From: Felis catus
Lineage: Eukaryota
Length of the DNA: 64,000 nucleotides
Assembly: GCF_018350175.1 (NCBI RefSeq)
Contig: NC_058368.1
Coordinates: 215,204,001 to 215,268,000 of the forward strand
Direction of reading: 5' to 3'
Below the pieces are notes generated by a model. That model was not told where the DNA came from. It made no database searches and saw only the letters and a program-made list of their open reading frames with translations. This document shows positions 40,191 through 52,282 of the stretch, piece after piece; positions within the stretch are counted from its first letter, which is position 1, and each line of letters begins with the position of its first letter. The translations under genes were made by a program, and so were the position numbers.

Positions 40191-40416
40191 TATTTTTTTA
40201 TAATTTTTTTTCAACGTTTTTTTATTTTTTTGGGACAGAGAGAGACAGAGCATGAACGGGCGAGGGGCAGAGAGAGAGGGAGACACAGAAACAGAAACAG
40301 GCTCCAGGCTCTGAGCCATCAGCCCAGAGCCCGAAGCAGGGCTTGAACTCCCGGACCGCGAGATCGTGACCTGGCTGAAGTCGGATGCTTAACCGACTGC
40401 GCCACCCAGGCGCCCC
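40191..40416 (-). mobile_element. Young felid CanSINE
   Basis: TSD attatctacca at 40178-40188 and 40417-40427. Confidence 0.96.
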
Positions 40417-40658
40417 ATTATCTACCAGTTCTGAAACGTGCATTTGTTCTGTTTCTTTTTCTCCACCCACCCTTCTTTTAACCTTTTCTCAGCTTAATGA
40501 AGCGTTTCATATAATTACATTTTCTCTCTTCTCTGAGCTCATCATTTTATTTTTAAAAAAGTGGTTTCCCTAGAATTACAGTATGTGCTTTAAATTAACC
40601 TTAGCTATTTTAACTCCTCTGTCTGATTATTTCAATATCTGTGTCTTATCTGAGTCTC

Positions 40659-40881
40659 TTTTTAAAAATTGTTTTCAATGTTTATTTTTGAGAGAGAAAG
40701 AGAGAGAGACAAAGCATGAGGAGGGGAGGGGCAGAGAGAGAGTGAGACACAGAATCTGAAGCAGGCTCCAGCCCTGAGCTGTCAGCACAGAGATCGGCAC
40801 AGGGCTCCAACTCACAAACCGTGAGATCATGACCTGAGCCACAAGTCAGACGCTTAACCAACTGAGCCACCCAGGCACCCC
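40659..40881 (-). mobile_element. CanSINE
   Basis: TSD atctga(g/a)tct. Confidence 0.94.
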
Positions 40882-40889
40882 ATCTGAAT

Positions 40890-42050
40890 CTATTTTATGA
40901 GGACTTGTCTTCTTAGACTTTTTTTTTCTTGCCCTTTTTCATGCTTTGTAAGTTTTTGTTAAAATCCATATGTGTTGTATGGGACAATAAAAAGCAAGGT
41001 AAATGGGCCTTTAAGGTAATGACTAGGCTAGGGAGTCCAGTGTTTTATGCTTGTTGGAGCTTGTTACTGAAGATTAGGTATTAGTCTTCTAATCCTTCTA
41101 GTGTCTTTGTTTTTATCTCTTCTCTAGACTGGGGATTCCATGTATATTCCTCCAAGAGTTTGTTTCTTTCTCCTTTATTTCCAGTGTAGTCCACTATTAT
41201 TAGACTAAGCCTTGTTGGTTTGGTTATAAAACGTGGGATAGGAGGAGCTTTCTATGGTTTTTTGATTAATTCCCAATTCTTTTAATGGCCCCGTGTTTTA
41301 GTTCTGTTAACCGTCACGAGTATTTCTCTAGTGATACAGCTTTTTTTTTTTTCCTGCTGTGTCATACTCCTTTCTTGAGAGACAGCATCCCACCTATTTT
41401 CTTGACATTCTGTCAAGAAATTTTCTTGACATTCTGTCAAGAAATTTTCTTGACATTCTGTCCCCTGTTATTGTTTCTACCCTTTAGGTGAGATAGAATC
41501 TCAGAAGCAGCATTGTGTGGGGAGAAGTTCCTTTCTGCCAGTTGGGATAAGATCTCTGAATTGCTCTCTAGCGAAGCCCTTTTTCCTAGAGAGGACACCT
41601 AAGTTTTGGAGGAGACAGTAGGCATGCTTCACAACGATTCATCTTCTTTTCATTTGAGACATAAGAAAAATCTTTCTTGGATCCTCACCATAGAATCTCC
41701 TGGCTTTCTAGAGAGAACTCATGAAACTGTGGAAGTTCTACTAAGAACCTAGGAGTTTCTGGCTCAAGCTAGTCTACAATTAGCCTCCAGGGTTGATCAA
41801 AATTACCAAGTAAGTGGCCACACTAGCTTATAGGTTCAGGAATATTTACACTAGAAGATCAAATCTCAATTGCAGTAACACTCTGAATTTGCCTGTCTGT
41901 CCGGATTTCAGAGTAGCCTGTGGCCTCTGTTCTGTGATGAGTACAAGAAAAGTGACTGCTTTTTAGTAGCTGACTTTTAGTACCAAATACATCTCATATT
42001 GGACATGCTGGGTACCCTGAATTCCTGACCCTCTCTGAATTTCTCTCAGA
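40890..42050 (-). mobile_element. Probable 5' region of an old L1
   Basis: T-rich continuation of the antisense L1 with 5'-end-like motifs; weakly supported. Confidence 0.4.
41396..41462. repeat. Perfect 24-bp palindromic tandem repeat, 2.8 copies
   Basis: Unit attttcttgacattctgtcaagaa at 41396, 41420 and 41444 (last copy partial). Confidence 0.95.
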
Positions 42051-42739
42051 AGCAAAAGTTTATATCTTTGTTTTTCCCATTTAGTTGCCTAGTTTGGTTT
42101 CCACTCATCCATCTGTTTTGCATCTTAAAAAATTTGATATCCTTATTATTTCTTTTCTCTTAGTACTTGTGGATTTATGTTTTTCTTTCTCTCCTTCATT
42201 ACCATTTGGTGTCATTTCAGTGGCAACAATTAGCCAACACGTGTTTATTCCATACTTTGCTAACTTAACCTCTTTCCCACATTTCTTTAATTGTTGAATG
42301 TGTGTATTAACTAAGCACATACTATATGCAGGTCTGGATATGAATGGTAACACCATTTAGTTCCTGGCCTTATAGTAATTTGAGCACAAACAGATGTTTA
42401 TAGTAATTGTGAGCACTAACAGATGAGAAAAAGTATAAATATTATATTGAATTAAGCAGACTTGACGCTGGAAACTTTATTTTTCTTCTTAATCTTATTT
42501 TAAAATCCCTGGATGGGCTATTTCTCTCCTTATCTCCATACAAAGTCTTCATCAGGTTCTATAGATTTGCAATCATGCAGGCGTTCATTTCATGGATTGG
42601 TAGATTTCCTAGATTTCAATCATACAGTCAACTTTCTTTCCACTGATTAGGATAATATGTCTCTTCTAGCTGGCACTGCGTTTCTAACTTCCAGTCAAGA
42701 GATTCTATGAACTGAATAGAAGGGTATTATATCTTAGAA

Positions 42740-43455
42740 AATGTTGAATTTGAAACCTCTGTGAAACTAGGACCTGCCTCAGTTGCAGAACACTGCCTCA
42801 CTAAAGGTCATACCCTTCCTGGAGCAGTGGGAATCTGAAAACTGAGTGAGACTAGAATATTGAGATCCAGACACCTTAACCAGGTATAGGACAATTATGA
42901 TGAAAAATAGTTACTCTAGAGCTCTGTTTGGGGTTGTCTGTTATGAATGAATGTTTGAGTCTCCCCAAAATTCAGATGTTGAAATCCTAACCTCCAATGT
43001 GATGGTATTAGGAAGTGGGCCCTTTGGTAGGTAATTAGGTCATGAGGGCGGAGTCCTCATGACTAGGATTAGTGCCCTTGTAAAAGAGACCATGGAGACC
43101 TCTCTCACCATGTCAGCCATGTAAGCATGCAATGAGAAAATAGCCTTTGTACCTCAGAAGAGGAACAGCCCCAGAACCTGAACATGGTGGCTCTCTGATA
43201 TTGGACTTTTAGAACTCCAGAATTGTGAGAAATAAATTTTTGTTGCTTAAAAATTATCCATCTATGATATTCTATTATAGCAGGATACCCTGACTAACAT
43301 GTTAGACAAAGCTTTGTGGAGCCTGAATCACAGTGTGACTTTTCTCTCTGCCCAGTCCTGCTTCATCCACTTCCTTTCAAAATTATTGTTCCTTTAGTAG
43401 ACAATTTATACCCCCAAACTCTATCCCAGCATCTGCTGAGAAGCCAACTCGTGAT
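42740..43455 (+). mobile_element. ERVL LTR (LTR16-like) split by an MLT1A insertion
   Basis: aaggtcatacccttcctggagcag...ctctagagctc, resuming after the nested LTR with ttctctctgcccagtcctgcttc. Confidence 0.65.
42939..43299 (+). mobile_element. MaLR solo LTR (MLT1A-like)
   Basis: tgttatgaatgaatgtttg...ccccaaaattcagatgttgaaatcctaacc...ctccagaattgtgagaaataaatt...gactaaca. Confidence 0.9.
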
Positions 43456-43931
43456 GATAACAAAAATCAGTTAAAACAGGAAAATTTCAGAATATTTGTT
43501 TTCACAATGTTCTCTTTAGCACAAGTTGATTTGGAGAAGCAGTTACCAACATGTTGTGTGTGCTACAGAATTATATTTACCTCTAAAGGACAGATTAATT
43601 CTGGGGCTAATGACGAGAGTACTTGTGCAACAGCAAAAGGGTCAGTTCTGTCATTTTTTATTACATTTGTATTTGCATATTAAGTATTTTCACCAAACCA
43701 ATCTCTCAACTAGAAAATACGTAAGCCACTCCAATTTTGTGTTTTGGTTTAGCAGCTAAAGTTTAGCCTAAATTAGAAAAAATGGTCAAAAACTTGACTT
43801 AATTGGGCACAAATATGTTAAAAATATACAACTGAATGAAAGCACCATATTTCACTTTTCTTTGGGATACCTATTCCCCCCAGCTTAATAAAAGCAGAGC
43901 GCATGACAAGTGTAGCCCAGATCGCACTTAC

Positions 43932-44081
43932 CTGAGGACATTACTGTAACAATGTGCCCGTCATTTCTTCCCTTTACATTGCAACATATATACATAAAAG
44001 TTCTACCATTTATTCTTACACCATATTCAAATATGTTGCATATTTCCCAGGATGTATTCATTCCCAATTCAATACCACTAA
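43932..44081 (-). other. Candidate 150-bp symmetric exon with its acceptor in an antisense L2-like remnant
   Basis: Acceptor ttttcctctttgtggaactttaatctag, donor CAG|gtaagt, open phase 1-1 frame. Confidence 0.2.
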
Positions 44082-44984
44082 CTAGATTAAAGTTCCACAA
44101 AGAGGAAAACTGTATCTTGTTTTAGTTCCTTGCATTGTATGGGACACAAAATGCATACATATACTTACATATATGTGTGCATGCATGTATGTGTGTGTGT
44201 GTGTGTGTATACACAAGTACATATGTGGTAGGAACTTGGAAAAATGTAATTTCTAGGTCATAAACTGATTCATAAAAGCTTGTAAAGATATATAACTTAT
44301 TCTAAGAAAAAAGGTGAGTTCTTATCAACTTTACTGTGAATTAAAAATTTTTTTCAGCTATAATTAATTGTACTTTCTTTCAGAGCCCCCCTACTTTGCT
44401 TTTCATCCATATTAATAAACCTATTAGATTTGATGCCCTCTAATCCTTATATGCTGATCTCCCCACTTGTCTGTGAACACCTTAAAAGTCATGCCTTTAT
44501 ATTAACTTCTAAGCCCTAGTGCCTAGCAAAGAGTCTGTAATGTAATAAAATTTCATAAGTTTGCTGAATATAATTTAATCTACATTAACTTTTTTCCAGG
44601 CAAGCTAAATTATTAGAGTAAGATACAAAGGTATTAAAGATTTTGCCTAAAATGAAAAAAGTACAAAACCAAACACGTATAATGCTTGTAAAGTAGATGG
44701 ATTTAACTGATTATTTTTGTCTCAGCCACTGTCAACAAAAGCAAATTAAGAAAATACAAAGGAACATTAATAAGTCTTTGCTGTATTTGTGCAATATTAT
44801 GTTTTTCTTCCACAGCTGAATGATTTGTGACAATGAGAATCCATAGTAAGATTTTTAAGTAGTATTACTTTGAATTATCTCAAACTGTTAGCATTATGCC
44901 TCTTTTTTTCTTCATTATACTTCTAAATTCAAGGTAAGGTCTGGAAAAGAAATTTAAATAGATAGTCAATAAATTGAGGAAAGA

Positions 44985-45170
44985 TTTTTTTTAAATCTTT
45001 TTTAATCTTCATTTATTTTTGAGAGAGACAGAGTGCGAGCGGGGGAGGAACAGAGAGAGAGAGACACACAGAATCCGAAACAGGCTCCAGGCTCTGAGCT
45101 GTCAGCACAGAGCCTGACACGGGGCTTGAACTCATGAGCCATGAGATCATGACCTGAGCTGAAGTCAGAC
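44985..45170 (-). mobile_element. CanSINE lacking its 5' end
   Basis: SINE similarity stops at gaagtcagac; no TSD found. Confidence 0.92.
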
Positions 45171-46920
45171 CCTACTGGCCAACTCTGTCTTAGTTTGCCT
45201 TTCCTTTATCTTTGTTCCTTCCCTTCAGTTATTTACTTAATCACACTCTATAGCACCTGTGTGTTGTTCACCTATGCATGTGGAATGCTGCTATTTCCCT
45301 TGCTCTCCTTTTAATGGCCACTATCTTTAAGTGATCGAAATACAGACTTTTCAAAATAAGCCCTATTCTCTCACCAGCTGATAAGCTCCTTATGAATCAT
45401 TTAGACCCTGGACCTACTTTAGATGTGGAGAGAGTACAACTTACTACGGACACTTTCATATTACCCATGTGTAAATTGAAACACATTGAATGTGGAAGCA
45501 ATCATCATCATTGTATGATTGTTATAAAAAATCATTACCTTTCATGCTGGAAATGTCACTTAAATGTCAGTTTGGAAAATATAGAAATCCAACATGGGCC
45601 CTAACTACATGCTGCTTAATTCACCTATTTTAGATGAAGTGACATTATACTAACCAGCCATCATCTTGTCACTAAATATTTTCTTGATAGAGTAAAATGG
45701 CTAGAATATACACAATTTATCAACTAAATGATTTCAATTATTCCTTTTTATTCTCTACTTGTGAGACCAGCTGTGCAAACCTTAACAATAACAAGAGAAG
45801 TAAAATACCAGAGGAAATATATGTTTTCATGGTTCCTATCTGGTTATGCAGAGTAGGAAGGTTTAGCTATTTTGGAACTTTGCCTACATGAAGTTCAACT
45901 TTATAACTTCTCTTTCCTAGTAAAATATAGGTTACAAAAGTCTCCAAAACAGTTAGGTGAAGCAAATGTCAGAAGATAAAGAGTCTTTGCTATTGGAACC
46001 CTTCTGTTAAATCTCTAGAAATAATTTGATTTTTAAAGGCAAGTTGAATCTAGTGACTCATTAAATAAGGAAGCATGCAAATAATTTCAGAGGCAAGAAA
46101 GTATTATTCACTTATTTATAGTCCCCAAAATATCGTGTAAGGCTTCTAAAAGTTTCATCCACATAGTCTTTCACGCAGGAAATAAACATATCTCCCAAAG
46201 AAGTCCAGCTTGCGTGGTATTTAATGAAGTAAATAAGACTCTATTGCATGCAATTTCAGTGGAGACACATTAGTGGCTCTGGAGGGGAGAGATAACACAG
46301 TGCCATTAACAATGAGTGTTTACAGCTACAAACAATTTAACTAAAGGAAACCACATGCTTTACAACTGGTCTGTCTTACAACTAAAACCTAAGTCCCATG
46401 TGATCTCCCTAGTCATATAAATTAGACTATATCATTAAACAGAAGATTACAAAAGGAATTGTCATTTTTAAGAAGATATTAGAATTCAGAGAGTTGTGAA
46501 GAGGACGTACAATTATTAGCGGAATATCAGGGTCTGCATTTCTTTGGCACATTTCCCAAAATAAAGCCCCCACTCTGCTCTCTTACCAAAAGTCACAGAA
46601 CAATACTGTATAAAACAAGTATAACTGTGAAGAAGGATGCCATTAAGAAGTCACCACAGGGCACTCAGGGACTCAGCGATGTTTCCTCATGTCCCAACAG
46701 CAGCAACTAGTTTCATCTTCCATTACAGGGAGTGGATACTGAAGAATTTTATCACTTCTCCCAAAGCATTTATATCTTCTCTATCCTTGGCCTCATCTTC
46801 AAATTCACAGAAATAATTGAGGCTAGCAAACACAATTTCTTTGAGTTTATTATACCTGTCATCTTCTATCCCTATTGTTACCTCTATAGTCTCACAAATT
46901 TCGTACTTCTTTCTCTAATC

Positions 46921-47106
46921 CAGTGGTTCCCAAACTTGATTGTGCAACAAAGTCATTTGAAGGGTTTTTTAAACATGGACTGTTGGGCTCTAAGCCCAGA
47001 CTTTCTTCTTCAGTAGATCTGGGGTTGGGTTTGAAATTTTTTCATTTCTAAAAATTTCCAGGAGATGCTGATTCTGCTGGTTTGGGGAACTCTTTGAGAA
47101 TCACAG
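46921..47106 (+). mobile_element. hAT-Charlie MER5A-like element
   Basis: cagtggttcccaaactt...tttgagaatcacag terminal inverted repeats; atttctaaaaatttccaggagatgctgat. Confidence 0.85.
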
Positions 47107-47265
47107 GTCTAAGAAAAAGATGTGAGCTTCATCTTATCCGAGTTTAATTTTAGCACCTGCTCTGAATGACAACCCATTTGAACTTATTTCAATCTTTTCC
47201 TATTGTTTTTATTCAATTTATCCTTCATAATATAATTACAGTTAAATATAATTATAATGTATTAA

Positions 47266-47311
47266 ATATATAATATAATATAATATAATATAATATAATA
47301 TAATATAATAA
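47266..47311. repeat. (TAATA)n microsatellite
   Basis: Directly visible. Confidence 0.9.
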
Positions 47312-47629
47312 TTTTGGAGAGCTTTTGATGGCTGTGTGTTTATTAAGCCAGTGGCCATGTATTTTTAATATGCCCATTTTATTACCTAACACTCACCTCT
47401 CAGTGCAGTGTATTCTTATCTTCTATTTTTCTAAATCTTTTTTCTATAAATTACCATATTAAAAATTGGTAAAATTCCTAATTACCATATTAAAAATTAT
47501 TAACTCCTTCAACCTTGGCCATTCTAACTACCCTTTCATCTTGAAACTTAACTGTGTCTTCTGTGCCACCTCTCATGTCCTGCCATTATTTCTCTGTGCT
47601 TCTGTTTTCTCTCTTCTCAAATCCATTTC

Positions 47630-47982
47630 TGTCTTGGTCTGTCTGGGCTGCTATAAAGGAATACTATAGACTTGGTGATTTATAAATAAAGAAACTATTT
47701 TTCACACTTCTGGAGCCTGGAAAGTCCAAGATTAAAGTGCTAGCAGATTCGGTGTCTGGTGAGAGCCTGCTTTCTAGTTCACAGACTGTCTTCTCTCTCG
47801 ACTCTCACTCACATGGTGGAAAGGTGAGCTCTCTAGGGTTTTATAAAGGCATAAATCCCACTCATGAGGCTCCATCCTAATGACCCAATCAACTTCCAAA
47901 GGCCCTACTTCTTAATATCATGTTAGGGGTTAGGATTTCAACATATGAATTTTGGAGGGACATAAATATACAGTCCATTGCA
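47630..47982 (-). mobile_element. MaLR solo LTR (MLT1A-like)
   Basis: tgtcttggtctgtctgggctgctata...gattcggtgtctggtgagagcc...ggatttcaacatatgaattttggaggga. Confidence 0.9.
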
Positions 47983-47984
47983 AC

Positions 47985-48917
47985 TCCCCTGCCTCCTTTT
48001 TGCTGGCATTTACGAGGATTGTCTCTATCATTTTTGTCATCATTCCTTGCTCACACTAGATGGATTAACTCATTCACACCCACAGGTGTAGCAGACACCT
48101 ATATACTTGCACCCTTGTGAATCTCAAATCTGCCTCTGAAGCTTAGAGCCCTCCCCGGATCTGTACAACCAAATTCCTAGTGGATGTAATTACCCAGATG
48201 TACCACAAAAACTTTAAACTCCACAAGAATAGAAGATGAAAATTTTATCTTTGTGTAACAATTATTTTTTATTCATTAATATTCATGAAAAACATCTCCA
48301 CTTAGTGGGTTATGCAATAAGAAATTTAGGAGATCTGCTCTGCCTTACGTGTTATCGGTCAACTAACCCTCCCAATGTGCCTCAATTCTTGCTACAGTTT
48401 GCCTTCTACATCCAACTTTCTCCAAATCACACTGTTATATTGCTGCCAGTGCAAAATTTCTGAAGCAAAACTCTCATTTTTTTTTTTTACTCTCCTGTGC
48501 AAAATCTTTCCTAGGATCTCTCCCTCTAAATAAGATTCAAAAGGTCTGCCTACATGACTAAACTTAATACCTGTCTCCTCTCTACTTAAGAGTTTACATC
48601 CTCACCTCCCAATTTAATTGCAGTTTCCCAAAGATAATATGTTACTTTTTATTCTTCTTGGTATTACTGGAATTTCTTACATTCTTTTTTAAGCTACATT
48701 GACATTTTCCCTGTGCAGTTTACTCTTCTCCTTAAATAATATACTTTAAATATTCTTTAGAAACTATCACACCATTTGGTAATTTTTAAAAGTTGGATTA
48801 GTCTCCTGAATTTGTTTCTTTATATCAAGAATTTTGACTTATATGTTTTATGTACTAAAAGTCTATTAAAGTGTCTGGGCACACAATAATTGCTAAATAG
48901 ATGTTTATCAAAATGAA
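47985..48917 (+). mobile_element. L2 fragments
   Basis: Pyrimidine-rich L2-like sequence ending gtctgggcacacaataattgctaaatagatg...aatgaa. Confidence 0.5.
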
Positions 48918-48964
48918 GTTAGATTTAGTAAGAGGATATGAAATCATTTGAAAGTGAAAGGGTC

Positions 48965-49413
48965 AACAAAGCCATTGTTTCTAGGACCCAAGAGAAATAA
49001 ATACAAACAAAGACTTAATGCAAATATTCATAGCAGTTTAATTCATAAAATTAAAAAATGGAAATAATCAAAGTGTCTGTCAACTTGTGAAACAATAAGT
49101 AAAAAGTGGAATATCTGTACAGTGAAATTATTACTAAGCAATAGAGAGGAATGAACTATTGATAGACACAACATGGATGTATCTCAAAAGAAAAAAAACA
49201 AGACAGTGATCTAAAGAAGCTAGTCACTGAGTAGTATATACTCTATAATTCCATTTACATTAAATTCTAGAACAAAGGCTCCCAAGGAAACTTTTTAGGG
49301 GGATAGAAATGTTCCGTATCTTGATTTGTGGTGGTAATTTATGCATTTGTCTTTCAAACTTAAGGATCTGTACACAAAAAATGGATACATTTTATTGTAC
49401 GTAAATTATAACT
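48965..49413 (+). mobile_element. Ancient L1 (L1MC/ME-type) 3' end
   Basis: atattcatagcagttttaattcata, gaatgaactattgatagacacaacatggatg, gatagaaatgttccgtatcttgatt. Confidence 0.75.
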
Positions 49414-49925
49414 GGATTTTGTTTGTGGTTGGTATATAAACCTGGCTTTAGATCAGATGTTTCATGGTCGTGTTTAAAATCCATTAAAGATAAGACACGA
49501 AATGTGCATGCATGGAGATCTAGAAAAAGGCAATATAAAATGTTAAGAATTGTGTTAAATTGGAGAATGCATGCTGTACCTAAAAATTTTCAAATTTAAA
49601 TATTGTTAAATATTTCTGTAGCCGAGGAACATAACTCCCTGATAGAGCCAGTCCATGGAAATTGCTTAGTAACTCCTACAGTAGATAAAATAATAGTTTT
49701 TGCAAGATCTGGCTGAAAGGAAAATCAGATAATTAAGTTAATTTATTACAATAAAGATAAAAGGTAAATTTTATCTTTTGTCATTTTTTACATTAAAATA
49801 GTTCTGCTATAAATTGACCCGGTGAGATATGGTGAGTCCAAAAGTATAAACTATTTTCTAGAAAAATATGACCAGTCCATGTGAGGTGAATTAATTATAC
49901 TCGTATATAGAGTAAAATTTAAGAG

Positions 49926-49991
<66 letters not shown>

Positions 49992-50062
49992 CAGAGACAG
50001 AGAGAGGGAGGGAGGGAAAAGAGAGAATGAGAGAGAAAAGGATGGAAAGAGGGAGAGAGAAG
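49926..50062. repeat. (GT)n(AG)n compound microsatellite and purine tract
   Basis: Directly visible. Confidence 0.93.
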
Positions 50063-51022
50063 ATATATATACATACACTTTCACACCAAAAACACATACA
50101 TATATAACTGGCCTTTTGCAAAAACCATTAGGCTGCAAAAATTGTATTCAGCTGGTGAAACCCTTGGTAAATAAGCCAAAGAGACTTGGATCTTTTCTGA
50201 ATTAGCTGCATTTGAGGTGGTCTTCACTGTCCGTTCTCTCAAAACATTTTTAAACATTTTAACAATATTTGTTCTTCCTATCCAGGAGCATGGAATATCT
50301 TTCCATTTTTTGTGTCTTTTTCAATTTCTTTCATAAGTTTTCTATAGTTTTCAGTGTATAGATTTTTCACTTCTTTGTTAGGTTTATTCCTAGGTTATTT
50401 TATGGGTTTTGGTGCAATTGTAAATGGGAGTGATTCCTTGATTTCGCTTTCTGTCGCTTCATTGTTAGTGTATAGGAATGCAACGGATTTCTGTGCATTG
50501 ATTTTATATCCTGCAACTTTGCTGAATTCATGGATAAGTTCTAGCAGGTTTCGGTGGAATCTTTTGGGTTTTCCATATAGAGAATCATGTCATCTGCAGA
50601 GTGAAAGTTTGACCTCCTCTGGGCTGATTTGGATGCCTTTTATTTCTTGTTTGATTGCTGAGGCTAAGACTTCCAATACTATGTTGAGTAAGAATGGTGA
50701 GAGTGGACATCCCTTTCTTGTTCCTGACATTAGGGGGAACACTCTCAGTTATTCCGCCTTGAGGATGATATTAGCATTTGGTCTTTCATATATGGCTTTT
50801 ATGATCACAGGTATGATCTTTCTATCCCTCCTTTCTTGAGGGTTTTTATCAAGAAAGCGTGCTGTATTTTGTCAAATGCTTTCTCTGCATGTATTGAGAG
50901 GATCATTTGGTTCTTGTCCTTTCTTTTATTAATGTGATGAATCACACTGAGATTTTGCAGATATTGAACAAGCCCTGCATCCCAGATATAAGTCCCACTT
51001 GGTCGTGGTGAATAATTTTTTT

Positions 51023-51250
51023 ATTCTTTTATTATTATTTTTTAATCTTTATTTATTCTTGAGAGACAGAGAGAGAGGCAGAGGATGAGTGGGGGAGGGG
51101 CAGAGAAAGAGGGAGACACAGAATCTGAAGCAGGCTCCAGGCTCTGAGCTGTCAACACAGAACCTGACGTGGGGCTCAAACCCATGAAACATGAGATCAT
51201 GACGTGAGCTGAAGTTGGCTGCTCAATGAACTGAGCCACCCATGCACCCC
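51023..51250 (-). mobile_element. CanSINE nested in L1
   Basis: Reverse SINE; taattttttt flanks on both sides. Confidence 0.94.
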
Positions 51251-52054
51251 CAAGTAATTTTTTTAATGTATTGTTGGATCCAGTTGGCTGACATCTTGTT
51301 GAGGATTTTTGCATCCATGTTCATCAGGGAAATTGGTCTATAGTTCTCCTTTTTAGTGGGGGTTTTGTCTGGTTTTGGAATCAATGTAATGCTGGCTTCA
51401 TAGGAAGAGTTTGGAAGTTTCCCTTCCATTTCTACTTTTTGGAACAGCTTCAAGAGAATAGGTGTTAACTCTTCCTTAAATGTTTGGTAGAATTCCCCTG
51501 GAAAGCCATCTGGCCCTGGACTCTTGTTTTTTGGCAGATTTTTGATTACTAATTCGATTTCTTTACTGGTTATGGGTCTGTTCAAATTTTCTTTTTCTTC
51601 CTGTTTCAGTTTTGGTAGTTTATATGTTTCTAGGAATTTGTCTATTTCTTCCAGATTGCCCATTTTATTGGCATAAAATTGCTCATAATAGTGTCTTATT
51701 ATTGTTTGTGTTTCTGCTGTGTTGGTTGTGATCTCTCCTCTTCCATTCTTGATTTTATTTATTTGAGTCCTTTCTTTTTTCTTTGTGATCAAACTGGCTA
51801 GTGGTTTATCAATTTTGTTAATTGTTCCAAAGATCCAACTTCTGGTTTCACTGATCTGTTCTGGTGTTTTTTGTTTGTTTGTTTGTTTGTTGGTTGGTTT
51901 TTTGTGGGTTTTTTTGGTTTTGATAGCGTTGATTTCTGCTCTAATGTTTATTATTTCCTGTCTTCTGCTTGTTTAAGGGTTTATTTGTTGTTCTTTTTCC
52001 AGCTCTTTAAGGTGTAAGGTTAGGTTGTGTCTCTGAGACCTTTCTTCCTTCTTT

Positions 52055-52282
52055 TTTTTTTTTTTAAATTTTTTTTTTTCAACGTTTATTTATTTTTGGG
52101 ACAGAGAGAGACAGAGCATGAACAGGGGAGGGGCAGAGAGAGAGGGAGACACAGAATCGGAAACAGGCTCCAGGCTCTGAGCCATCAGCCCAGAGCCCAA
52201 CGCGGGGCTCGAACTCCCGGACCGGGAGATCGTGACCTGGCTGAAGTCGGACGCTTAACCAACTGCGCCATCCAGGCGCCCC
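52055..52282 (-). mobile_element. Young felid CanSINE nested in L1
   Basis: TSD ctttcttccttcttt at 52040-52054 and 52283-52297. Confidence 0.96.

Larger units (their letters stand above)
36665..40650 (-). mobile_element. Old L1 (L1M-type) ORF2, decayed, carrying several nested insertions
   Basis: Antisense L1 motifs: attttagaatcagtttgtc, ttgaataagaatggtatgaaaggacatcc, ttggtgaatattccatgtgagctt, ttaaagtgattattgatatagttgga. Confidence 0.85.

Noticed and set aside
41396..41462. CRISPR-like or operator-like palindromic repeats
   Set aside because: No spacers, no cas genes, and a mammalian context; it is a head-to-tail tandem duplication.
50354..50839. 161-aa plus-strand ORF that looks like a membrane protein
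   Set aside because: It is the antisense frame of L1 ORF2; T-richness produces spurious hydrophobic ORFs.
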